Below are positions 55,460 to 64,000 of a stretch of 64,000 nucleotides of DNA, one piece after another; position 1 is the stretch's first letter, and each line of letters starts with the position of its first letter. The position numbers were made by a program, and so were the translations under genes. A model generated the notes under the pieces. The model ran no database searches. It saw only the letters and a program-made list of their open reading frames with translations, and was not told the origin of the DNA. Source of the stretch: Planctomycetota bacterium (GTDB lineage: Bacteria; Planctomycetota; UBA1135; UBA2386); the NCBI GenBank assembly GCA_965228735.1, contig OZ245838.1, forward strand, positions 4,064,001-4,128,000, written 5' to 3'.

Positions 55460-56305
55460 ATGACTGCCCCGACTGCGGATGAACTCCAGGCGCGCCTCGA
55501 CTTCGCGGCGCAGATCGCCGGTGAAGCCGGCCAACGGCTCAGCGGATTGCGGGCGAGCGGGCGTTGGGCGGACGAGAAGATTCTCGGCGACGTCGGCGAT
55601 CAGGCCGCGGACGGCTATCTGCAGGGCTATCTGCGTGGGCGCTATCCCGAGGACGGCATCCTGTCGGAGGAGACGAAGGACTCGCCCGAACGGCAGCAAC
55701 GGCGCTACACGTGGATCGTCGATCCGCTCGACGGCACGAAGGAGTACCGCACGCAGCGCCACGACTGGGCGGTGCACGTCGGCCTGTGCCTCGACGGGGA
55801 GCCGCTGCTCGGCGCGGTGGCGCTGCCGGGGGTCGGGCGCGTGATGCGGGGCATCTGCGCTGCGGGACACGTTCGGGCAGATGTCACGGTCACGGGCGAC
55901 GTCGCGGGCAAGGCGGATTGGCCGCGCGCGTTCGCCGGCGATTCGCACGAGGCCCCGCATGACGGACCGCTCCGCATCGCCGCGAGCCGGAGCCATACCC
56001 CGGACTGGATGACGCGCTTCGTCGACCACCTCGGCAACGCCGAACTCGTGCCGTCCGGCAGCGTCGGCTTCAAGGTCTCGCTGCTGCTGTTCGGCAAGGC
56101 CGACGTCTACGTCCACAAGACCGGCCTCAAGGAGTGGGACACGTGCGCGCCGGAGGCGATCGCCCGCGCCGCGGGCTGGGCCGTCTGCCGGCTCAGCGGC
56201 GAGGCCCAGCGTTACAACCAGGACAACCCGCGGAACGACGAGATCGCGGTGTGTCGCAAGGAGTTGCTGCCGCGGGTGCTCGAGAGCGTGCAGGCCGCGC
56301 TGTAG
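55460..56305 (+). CDS. cysQ: 3'(2'),5'-bisphosphate nucleotidase (inositol monophosphatase family)
   Basis: ILSEE, WIVDPLDGTKEY, ASRSH, GSVG.K, EWDTCAP. Start set at MTAPT (55460). Confidence 0.88.
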   Translation: MTAPTADELQARLDFAAQIAGEAGQRLSGLRASGRWADEKILGDVGDQAADGYLQGYLRGRYPEDGILSEETKDSPERQQRRYTWIVDPLDGTKEYRTQRHDWAVHVGLCLDGEPLLGAVALPGVGRVMRGICAAGHVRADVTVTGDVAGKADWPRAFAGDSHEAPHDGPLRIAASRSHTPDWMTRFVDHLGNAELVPSGSVGFKVSLLLFGKADVYVHKTGLKEWDTCAPEAIARAAGWAVCRLSGEAQRYNQDNPRNDEIAVCRKELLPRVLESVQAAL

Positions 56306-56351
56306 TGGGCTTCTGTCCGACCCCGCACCGTGTCGATGACCGACTGACCCC

Positions 56352-57248
56352 ATGAGCTTCGTTCGCACCTACGACGCCGGCAACGCACCGCGCGGCATCT
56401 TCCGCCACCTGCGGGCGCTGCTCGGCTACCCGGCGCTGGTCTGGCAGAACCGGTTCCTGATCCACAACAGCTTCCGCCGCGAGCTCATGAGCCGCTGGCA
56501 CGGCTCGTTCCTCGGCGCGTTCTGGATGCTCGCGCAGCCGCTGTTCCAGTTCGCGATCTACTACTTCATCTTCGGCCTGCTGTTCGGCGAGCGCGGCACC
56601 GACAAGGCACCCGACGGTGCGTTCGCGGTCTACCTGTTCAGCGGCATCATCGTGTTCCACGCGCTGACCGAAGCGTCGAACAAGTGCGTGAGCATCATCG
56701 GCGCGAACGGCAACCTCGTGAAGAAGGTCGCGTTCCCGTCCGAGGCGCTCGTCATCCCCGTCACGATGATCTCGCTCGTGCTCTATCTCATCGGGGCGAT
56801 CGTCTGCCTCGTGATCGGGATGGCACTCGGGATCCTCGAACCGGGTCCGCTCCTGCTGATGCTGCCGGTCATCCTCGCCGTGCAGGCGGTGTTCACGATC
56901 GGCTTCGGACTGTTCCTCGCCAACCTCAACGTGTTCGTCCCCGACGTCGGACAGCTGTGGCGCATCATCTCGATGGCGTGGATCTTCCTGACGCCGGTGT
57001 TCTGGATGCCGGATCGGCTGGCCAACCTGCACGATCACGGGCTCGGGTTCGTCGAGACGATCGCGCGCTACGGCAATCCGGCGTTCTCGCTCGTCATGTG
57101 CCACCGCCTCGCGCTCGGGGGCACCAGCCCGATGCTCGGCGAGTTCTGGCCGCAGTTCGGCGTCTTCTGCGCCTGGGCGTTGTTCTTCCTCGTCCTCGGC
57201 TACACGACGTTCGTGAGCCAGAAAGAGAAGTACGCCGACATCGTCTGA
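56352..57248 (+). CDS. wzm: ABC-2 polysaccharide export permease (Wzm/TagG-like)
   Basis: GSFLGAFW..AQPL, NLVKKVAFP, FLTPVFW, NP, C-terminal YADIV. Confidence 0.88.
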   Translation: MSFVRTYDAGNAPRGIFRHLRALLGYPALVWQNRFLIHNSFRRELMSRWHGSFLGAFWMLAQPLFQFAIYYFIFGLLFGERGTDKAPDGAFAVYLFSGIIVFHALTEASNKCVSIIGANGNLVKKVAFPSEALVIPVTMISLVLYLIGAIVCLVIGMALGILEPGPLLLMLPVILAVQAVFTIGFGLFLANLNVFVPDVGQLWRIISMAWIFLTPVFWMPDRLANLHDHGLGFVETIARYGNPAFSLVMCHRLALGGTSPMLGEFWPQFGVFCAWALFFLVLGYTTFVSQKEKYADIV

Positions 57249-57272
57249 CGCGCGCGACCGCCCAGAGAACGA

Positions 57273-58499
57273 CTACGACTGCGGCGCCGCGGCGCCCTCG
57301 TCGACCGTCCAGCGGTGGTCCTGCAGGAACAGGCCGATGTCCTTCGTCCGGTTCTTGATGATCAGGCACTGCTCCGCCGGTCGCTCGTGGAACCGGTGCA
57401 CGCCGTTCTCGTCGAACAGCCAGATCGGCAGCGTGAACTCACCCGACAGCAGGTTGACGCCGTCGTAGTGCAGCGTCACGTGGCCCTCGGCAAAGTCGAA
57501 CACGAGGTCGTGGAACTGCGTCGTGTGCGCGAAGCACAGCGTGCCGTCCGAACGCATCGCGCCGACCGCCATCGTCAGACGCTCGCGCTTCGGGTTCCTC
57601 ACGTGTACGCGGATCGCGACGTCGTCCCCCGGAGCGAACTCGTTGCGCAGCTCGCCGGTCTTGCCGTCGAGGATCTGCGCGCCGAGGATGCGCGGCGCGT
57701 CGTCACCGCGATTCTTCGCCTCCGGCTTGTCATCGTAGGCGACGTGATCGCCGCCGCCCGAGACCTTGTTCTCGTAGGTCGCGTACTCGTTGGTCACGGC
57801 GACCGAGTCGTCGAGCATCTCGATCTGCCCCTGCTTCATCCAGATGGCGCGGTCGCAGATCTGCCGCACGTCGTAGAGCGAGTGCGAGCAGAAGAACATC
57901 GAGCGCCCCTTGCGCTTGAAGTCCCAGATCTTCTCGACGCACTTGCGGCGGAAGTTCATGTCGCCGACCGAGAGGATCTCGTCGATGATCATCAGGTCCG
58001 GCTCCGTCGACATCGCGACGCTGAAGCCGAGGCGGGCGGCCATGCCGGACGAGTAGGTTCGCACGGGCGCGTTGATGAACTCGCCGAGCTCGCTGAACTC
58101 GATGATCTCGTCGACCTTCTTGCGAGCCTCCTTGCGCGAGAACCCCATGATCGCCGCGTTCATGAAGATGTTCTCGCGGCCCGTGAAGCTCTTGTGGAAG
58201 CCCGATCCGAGCTCGAGCAGGCTCGTGACGCGACCGCGAACCGTGTAGCGGCCGCGCGTCGGGAACGTCGTGCCGCTGAGCACCTTGAGCAACGTCGACT
58301 TGCCAGCACCATTGGTGCCGACGAGCCCCATGCACTCGCCCGGCTTGACGTCGAAGGACACGTTCTTCAGCGCGTGAATCGCACGATGCCGCGGCTTCTT
58401 GTTCCACGGCATCCGCTCGAGCAAGCGACCGTACGGGTTGCCATACAGCCGATACGTCTTGCTCAGGTCGAATGCTTCGATGACCGGTTCGGTCGCCAC
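57273..58499 (-). CDS. wzt: ABC polysaccharide export ATPase with C-terminal carbohydrate-binding (Wzt-C) domain
   Basis: ALKNVSF, GTNGAGKST, LLELGSGF...TGREN, YSSGMAARLGF, IIDEILSVGD, CSHS. Confidence 0.92.
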   Translation of the reverse strand: MATEPVIEAFDLSKTYRLYGNPYGRLLERMPWNKKPRHRAIHALKNVSFDVKPGECMGLVGTNGAGKSTLLKVLSGTTFPTRGRYTVRGRVTSLLELGSGFHKSFTGRENIFMNAAIMGFSRKEARKKVDEIIEFSELGEFINAPVRTYSSGMAARLGFSVAMSTEPDLMIIDEILSVGDMNFRRKCVEKIWDFKRKGRSMFFCSHSLYDVRQICDRAIWMKQGQIEMLDDSVAVTNEYATYENKVSGGGDHVAYDDKPEAKNRGDDAPRILGAQILDGKTGELRNEFAPGDDVAIRVHVRNPKRERLTMAVGAMRSDGTLCFAHTTQFHDLVFDFAEGHVTLHYDGVNLLSGEFTLPIWLFDENGVHRFHERPAEQCLIIKNRTKDIGLFLQDHRWTVDEGAAAPQS

Positions 58500-58502
58500 T
58501 TG

Positions 58503-60446
58503 TCAGCTCAGCAGGTTGCGGGAACGCAGGAACGCGAGGACCTTGTCGACGTTGGCATCGACGCCCTCGTTCACGGTATCCAACACGAGGTCCGGCTGCT
58601 TGCTCGGCTCGTACGGCGCATCGACGCCCGTGACGTTGGCGATCTCCCCGGCGCGGGCGCGGGCGTAGAGGCCGTCCTCGTCGCGCTGCTCGCAGACGTC
58701 CAGCGGCGCGTTGCAGAACACCTCGACGAACGCCTCGGAGTCCACGATCTCGCGCGCCTGCTGGCGCTCGAACTCGATCGGTGACACGAGTGCCACCACC
58801 GTGCTGACGCCGAGTCCGAGGTTGAGCCGCGCGATCTCCGCCGCCCGTCGCTGATTCTCCCAGCGGTCCGCGCCGGAGAAGCCGAGGTCGCGGTTGATGC
58901 CGAGACGCAGGATCTCGCCGTCGAGCACCTGCACGTGCTTCTGCTCGTCGAACAGCTTCTGCTCGAGCGCGTAGGCGATCGACGACTTGCCCGACCGCGG
59001 CAAACCCGTGATCCAGAGCACGAACGGCTCCTGGCCGAGGCGCTGCCGGCGCGCCTCCGGCGTGACCTGCCGTTTCTTCTGCAGCCGCACGTTGCTGCCC
59101 GCGTCGGCGCTCTTCTGCCGGCGACCCGTCGTCTCGTCGGCCGTCTTGCGCTCGACGATCATCGCCGCGCCGACCGTCGCGTTGGTCAACCGATCGATGA
59201 GGATGAACGAGCCCATGCCGCGGTTCTTGACGTAGGCGTCGGCGGCGAGCGGCCGGCTGCACTCGACGCGAATGCGGCCGACCTCGTTCATCTCGAGCTT
59301 GCTCGCTTCCTCACGGTGCAGGTCACCGACGTTGATCCGGTAGCGGATGTCCGAGACGACGGCCGGCGTTGACGACGTCGCGTGCTTGACGAGGTACTGC
59401 TTGCCCACCTGCAGCGCGGCCTCGTCGAACCAGACGATCATCGCCTCGACGGCGTTACTCAGGGACGGCGCGTTCTTCGGCGACACGATCACGTCACCGC
59501 GGCTCGCATCGATCTCGTCCTCGAGCGTGACCGTCACGGCCATCGACGCGAACGCCTCCTCGAGATCACCGTCGTAGGTGACGATCGACTTGACCTTGCT
59601 CTGCTTGCCCGACGGCACGACGGCGATCGGATCCCCGACGCGCAACACACCCGACGCGATCGTCCCGGCGAAGCCGCGGAAGTCGAGGTTCGGCCGCACG
59701 ACGCGCTGCACCGGCAGGCGCAGATCGACGAGGTTGCGATCGCTCGCGAGGTGCACCGTCTCGAGGTGATCGAGCAACGGCGAACCCTGGAACCACGGCA
59801 TGCTGTCGCCGCGGTGCACCACGTTCTCGCCCTTGAGCGCCGACATCGGGATGAAGTGGATGTCGCGCACCTGCAGGCGCGCCGCGAACTCGCTGTAGTC
59901 GTCGCGGATCTCCTGGAAGCGGTCCTCGCTGTAGTCGACGAGGTCCATCTTGTTGATCGCGACGACGAAGTGCTGGATGCCCAGCAGCGCGCAGATGAAC
60001 GAGTGCCGCCGCGTCTGCTCGAGCACGCCGTGGCGCGCGTCGATGAGGATCACCGCGAGGTCGCAGTTGCTCGCGCCCGTCGCCATGTTGCGCGTGTATT
60101 GCACGTGCCCCGGCGTGTCCGCGATGATGAACTTGCGCGACTCGGTCGCGAAGTAGCGATACGCCACGTCGATCGTGATGCCCTGCTCACGCTCGGCCTG
60201 CAGCCCGTCGACGAGCAGCGCGAGGTCGACCTCTTCGCCCGTCGTGCCGAACTTGGCGGTCGCCTTCTTGGTCGCGGCCAACACGTCGTCGAAGACGAGC
60301 TGGCTGTCGAAGAGCAACCGGCCGATGAGCGTCGACTTGCCGTCGTCGACGCTGCCGCACGTCAGCAACCGCAGCATGCCGCGATCGCCGTAGCGCTCGA
60401 GGTAGCCCTCGATGCCGTGTTGATCGATCTCGCTCTGGTAGGACAT
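58503..60446 (-). CDS. cysN: Sulfate adenylyltransferase large subunit fused to an APS kinase-like domain (CysN/CysC)
   Basis: CGSVDDGKSTLIGRLL, EREQGITIDVAY, DTPGH, NKMD. C-terminal WITGLPRSGKS domain. Confidence 0.95.
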   Translation of the reverse strand: MSYQSEIDQHGIEGYLERYGDRGMLRLLTCGSVDDGKSTLIGRLLFDSQLVFDDVLAATKKATAKFGTTGEEVDLALLVDGLQAEREQGITIDVAYRYFATESRKFIIADTPGHVQYTRNMATGASNCDLAVILIDARHGVLEQTRRHSFICALLGIQHFVVAINKMDLVDYSEDRFQEIRDDYSEFAARLQVRDIHFIPMSALKGENVVHRGDSMPWFQGSPLLDHLETVHLASDRNLVDLRLPVQRVVRPNLDFRGFAGTIASGVLRVGDPIAVVPSGKQSKVKSIVTYDGDLEEAFASMAVTVTLEDEIDASRGDVIVSPKNAPSLSNAVEAMIVWFDEAALQVGKQYLVKHATSSTPAVVSDIRYRINVGDLHREEASKLEMNEVGRIRVECSRPLAADAYVKNRGMGSFILIDRLTNATVGAAMIVERKTADETTGRRQKSADAGSNVRLQKKRQVTPEARRQRLGQEPFVLWITGLPRSGKSSIAYALEQKLFDEQKHVQVLDGEILRLGINRDLGFSGADRWENQRRAAEIARLNLGLGVSTVVALVSPIEFERQQAREIVDSEAFVEVFCNAPLDVCEQRDEDGLYARARAGEIANVTGVDAPYEPSKQPDLVLDTVNEGVDANVDKVLAFLRSRNLLS

Positions 60447-61354
60447 CAGAAGTAGCCCTCCCGCTTCTTCTCTTCCATCGAGCCGGCTTCGTCGTAGTCG
60501 ATGACGCGCCCCTGGCGCTCGCTGTCCTTGCTGCGCAGCATCTCCTCGATGATCTTCGGCAGCGTGTCGGCGTCCGACTCGATCGCGCCCGTGAGCGGGT
60601 AGCAGCCGAGCGTGCGGAACCGGACCATCTTCATCTCCGGCTCCTCACCGTCCTCGAGCGGCAGGCGCTCGTCGTCGACCATGATCCACGTGCCGTTGCG
60701 CTGCACGACCGGCCGCTCCTTGGCGAAGTAGAGCGGCACCATCGGCAGGTTCTCCTGGTAGATGTAGAGCCAGACGTCGAGTTCGGTCCAGTTGCTGAGC
60801 GGGAAGACGCGGATCGACTCGCCCTTGTTCACGCGGCAGTTGAACACGTTCCAGAGCTCGGGGCGCTGGTTCTTCGGGTCCCACTGGTGGAACTTGTCGC
60901 GGAAGCTGAAGATCCGCTCCTTCGCGCGACTCTTCTCCTCGTCGCGCCTGGCACCGCCGAACGCCGCGTCGTACTCGCCGGCATTGAGCGCCTGCTTGAG
61001 CGCCTCGGTCTTCATCACGTGCGTGTGCCGCTGGGTGCCATGCGTGAACGGGCCGATGCCCTGCTCGACGCCTTCCTGATTGATCCACTCGACGAAGTCG
61101 AGATCGAGGTCCTGCACGAGCTTGTCGCGGAACTCGATCATCTCGCGGAACTTCCACGTCGTGTTGACGTGCAGCACCTTGAACGGGATGCGATCCGGCG
61201 CGAACGCCTTCTCGGCGAGGCGCAGCATCACGCCCGAGTCCTTCCCGATGGAGTAGAGCATCACCGGGTTGTCGAACTCGGCCGCGACCTCCCGCATGAT
61301 GTGGATGCTCTCCTGCTCCAGTTGGCGCAGGTGGCTGAGGGCATACTTCGTCAT
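60446..61354 (-). CDS. cysD: Sulfate adenylyltransferase small subunit
   Basis: [52 protein letters not shown]. Start set at MTKY (61354). Confidence 0.96.
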   Translation of the reverse strand: MTKYALSHLRQLEQESIHIMREVAAEFDNPVMLYSIGKDSGVMLRLAEKAFAPDRIPFKVLHVNTTWKFREMIEFRDKLVQDLDLDFVEWINQEGVEQGIGPFTHGTQRHTHVMKTEALKQALNAGEYDAAFGGARRDEEKSRAKERIFSFRDKFHQWDPKNQRPELWNVFNCRVNKGESIRVFPLSNWTELDVWLYIYQENLPMVPLYFAKERPVVQRNGTWIMVDDERLPLEDGEEPEMKMVRFRTLGCYPLTGAIESDADTLPKIIEEMLRSKDSERQGRVIDYDEAGSMEEKKREGYF

Positions 61355-61367
61355 AGTTCGGTCGTCG

Positions 61368-61982
61368 TCACTCCGTTGGCGCCCGCAGCAACCCGCGCTG
61401 CTCGAGCAGTTGTTCGACTGCGCTCGCCGATTCCGCGAGCTCCTGCACACCCGTGTCGATGCGCAGCTCGGGGTTCTCCGGCGCTTCGTAGGGCGAGCTG
61501 ATGCCGGTGAATTCCGGGATCTCGCCGGCCCGCGCCTTCTGGTAGAGCCCCTTGGGGTCGCGCGATTCGCAGACCGCGAGGTCGGCGTCGACGTGCACCT
61601 CGACGAAGTCGTCGCCGACGAGCTCGCGCACCTGCGCCCGGTCGCTGCGGAACGGCGAGATGAACGCGGTCAGCACGATCGCGCCGGCATCGGCGAACAG
61701 CGCCGCGACATGGCCGATGCGCCGGATGTTCTCGACCCGCCCGGCATCGGAGAAGTCGAGGTCGGCGCAGAGGCCGTGCCGGATGTTGTCACCGTCGAGC
61801 ACGTAGACGAGCCGGCCCGCTGCATGGAGCCGTTCTTCGAGCGCCCGCGCGACCGTCGACTTGCCCGAGCCGGACAGGCCCGTGAACCACACCACCGCGC
61901 CGCGCTGCCCGAGCAGTCGCTCCCGATCGGCGCGGGACACGACGCCATCGTGGCGTTTGATATGGCGAGGAGGAGTCGGCAT
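61368..61982 (-). CDS. cysC: Adenylyl-sulfate (APS) kinase
   Basis: [48 protein letters not shown]. Confidence 0.96.
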   Translation of the reverse strand: MPTPPRHIKRHDGVVSRADRERLLGQRGAVVWFTGLSGSGKSTVARALEERLHAAGRLVYVLDGDNIRHGLCADLDFSDAGRVENIRRIGHVAALFADAGAIVLTAFISPFRSDRAQVRELVGDDFVEVHVDADLAVCESRDPKGLYQKARAGEIPEFTGISSPYEAPENPELRIDTGVQELAESASAVEQLLEQRGLLRAPTE

Positions 61983-62239
61983 CGGCGGTCTGGCCCCGAG
62001 TTTCGGGGCGAAGCAGGGTCCGCAGTGCCCGCGGACTTGTCAATCCTCTTTACCATCGGCGCGGGCCCGGTGGACCTCGCGCCCGGTAGTACCGCGCTCA
62101 TGGCATGGGCGGATCGCCGTCACGCCGCCGCGCCGCGCGACATCTTCATGCCGCCTTCGCACGAACCGGGCCGGCGGCACCGGATCGCACTCCCCTTACG
62201 ATCGGAAAGCCGAGCCGCCGCCGACTCGATCCGTGCGCA

Positions 62240-64000
62240 TCAGTCGACCCGAATCGGCGTGAACAGCGTCTCCGCGTTGCCCGCGCCGTAGCCCCAGGCC
62301 GTGACCGCCGTCCAGTCCGCGGGCAGCGGCACGGTGAGCGTCTTGCCCGCAGCCGTCGCGCGCGCCTCGTGCTTCTCGAAGTCGACCTCGAACACGACCT
62401 CGATCGGGGACCGACCGTCCCATTCGATCGGCAGGGTCTTCTTCTGCCGGAAGTTCTTCGGCCCGATGATGGTCAGCTCCCGGGAGCCGAACTGGATGCC
62501 GCCGCGCACGAGGTCGCGGCGCGGGTGGCCGCCGCTCAGCACGATGTAGCCGTTCTGCCGCAGGCGTCCGGGCAGCGGCGTCATCGTCGACCGGAAGCGC
62601 GTGCCCTTGGGGTCGTCCGTGCGGAGCAGGTAGCCGCCCGCGGTGTTGGCCCACAGCCCGATGCCCGCCTCACCGGCCATCGAACGCGCGACGCCCGCGG
62701 TGACATCGAAGCCCGGCAACAGCGAACCGGTGTCGTCGCCGTACTGCTCGCGCAGCTCCTGCAGCCGCCGCTTCAGCGCCTCGAACACCGCGGCGTAGGC
62801 CGGATCCTCGTGCACGCTGCGCAGCTCGTCCGGGTCCTTCTCGAGGTCGAACAGCTCCCAGTCGTTCCACTGCGGTTCGTAGTAGCGCACGAGCTTGTAG
62901 CGATCGGTGCGCACCCCGTAGTGCGCCGGGACCATGTGGACCGCGTGCGACTCGTAGTAGTGGTAGTAGAGCGCGTCGCGCCAGTCGTCGGGCTCCTCGC
63001 CGTCGAGCAGCGGCACGAGCGAGGTGCCGTGCATGTCATCGGGCGTCGCGATGCCGGCGAGATCGAGGAACGTCGGCGCGTAGTCGATGTTCTGCGTCAG
63101 CGACTCGACCTCGACACCTTCGGGCAGCTTGCCTGGCCACGACATCACGAGCGGCATGCGGAAGCTCTCCTCGTACATCCAGCGCTTGTCGTACCAGCCG
63201 TGGTCGCCGAGGTAGAAGCCCTGGTCCGAGCTGTAGACGACGATCGTGTTGGCCTTCACCTTCGGATGCGCATCGAGCCACGCGAGCAGCCGCCCGACGC
63301 TGCGGTCGACGCCGTTGACGCACCGCAGGTAGTTCTTGATGTAGCGCTGGTAGTACCACCGCAGCCGCTCCTTGCCCGTCGGCGGATCGGCCTGGAACGC
63401 GTCGTTCTCGGCCATGAACGCCGCGTCCCACGTCTTCTTCTGCGCGGGCGTGAGGCGCTTCATCATGTTGTCGAAGGCCCGATCAGGCCCCTGCAGACCG
63501 GCCGCACGCTGCGCGTCGGTCGGCGGCACCATGAGGTCGTAGTGCAGGTACATGTGCTCGACGAGCGTCATCTCCTGGTGCTTCGCGCCCTCGGTGCGAC
63601 CCGCGTAGTCGTCGAACAGCGTCGCCGGCTCCGGCAGCGTCTCGCCCTGATAGAGCGGCAGGTCCTCAGGTGCAGGCATCCAACTGCGATGCGGCGCCTT
63701 GTGCTGGCACATCAACAGGAACGGCTTGTCCGGGTCGCGCCCGTCGAGCCACTCGATCGCGAGATCGGTCGTGATGTTGGTCGCGTGACCTTCGATGCGA
63801 ACGCGGCCTTCGGGCGTCTTGAAGTCCGGGTTGTAGTACTGCCCCTGCCCCGGCAGCACGATCCAGTGATCGAACCCCTGCGGGTCCGACGTCAGGTGCC
63901 ACTTGCCGATCATCGCCGTCTGGTAGCCCGCCCTCTGCAGCATCTTCGGCATCGTCGGCTGGTTGCCGTCGAACGTGTTGCCGTTGCGCATGAAGCCATT
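62240..64000 (-). CDS. Sulfatase (formylglycine family S1), 5' partial, with C-terminal extension
   Basis: GYQTAMIGKWHL, HKAPHR, YSSDQGFYLGDHGWYDKR..YEES, NIDYAPT, GVRTDRYKL. The CxPxR motif would lie beyond the window. Confidence 0.92.
   Translation of the reverse strand, partial: NGFMRNGNTFDGNQPTMPKMLQRAGYQTAMIGKWHLTSDPQGFDHWIVLPGQGQYYNPDFKTPEGRVRIEGHATNITTDLAIEWLDGRDPDKPFLLMCQHKAPHRSWMPAPEDLPLYQGETLPEPATLFDDYAGRTEGAKHQEMTLVEHMYLHYDLMVPPTDAQRAAGLQGPDRAFDNMMKRLTPAQKKTWDAAFMAENDAFQADPPTGKERLRWYYQRYIKNYLRCVNGVDRSVGRLLAWLDAHPKVKANTIVVYSSDQGFYLGDHGWYDKRWMYEESFRMPLVMSWPGKLPEGVEVESLTQNIDYAPTFLDLAGIATPDDMHGTSLVPLLDGEEPDDWRDALYYHYYESHAVHMVPAHYGVRTDRYKLVRYYEPQWNDWELFDLEKDPDELRSVHEDPAYAAVFEALKRRLQELREQYGDDTGSLLPGFDVTAGVARSMAGEAGIGLWANTAGGYLLRTDDPKGTRFRSTMTPLPGRLRQNGYIVLSGGHPRRDLVRGGIQFGSRELTIIGPKNFRQKKTLPIEWDGRSPIEVVFEVDFEKHEARATAAGKTLTVPLPADWTAVTAWGYGAGNAETLFTPIRVD

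Overview
High-GC (about 70% by eye), densely coding bacterial DNA. The gene style (large secreted beta-rich proteins, sulfatase, ECF sigma plus Ser/Thr kinase, TPR proteins) suggests Planctomycetota or a relative; this is inference only. About 50 real genes can be picked out from many shadow ORFs. In order: a secreted beta-helix protein, HhH-GPD glycosylase, PhzF, ThpR, a translationally coupled operon of a TPR-fused Vps4/Cdc48-like AAA ATPase plus three paralogous TPR-membrane proteins, an MBOAT/SGNH pair, a Zn-dehydrogenase, a sigma54-preceded Hsp20, an Aas-type fusion with divergent LysR, ferredoxin, metH, a VWA-Ser/Thr kinase-ECF sigma module directly behind a flagellar basal-body/switch operon (flgBC fliEFGHIJ X fliLMN, with no hook, stator or export-gate genes), egtD plus a SenA-like EgtB-family gene, a GT4, a fucose-isomerase-like gene, a pseudo-histidine kinase, rph (apparent CTG start), rdgB, and a sulfate activation/PAP recycling cluster interleaved with wzm/wzt, ending in a partial sulfatase. 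No rRNA, tRNA, CRISPR array or transposase was seen. Best novelty candidates: the AAA/TPR-membrane operon, the truncated flagellar operon with its signalling tail, the orphan SenA-like gene, and a shared C-terminal domain on two secreted proteins. All calls come from motif recognition by eye; no searches were run.
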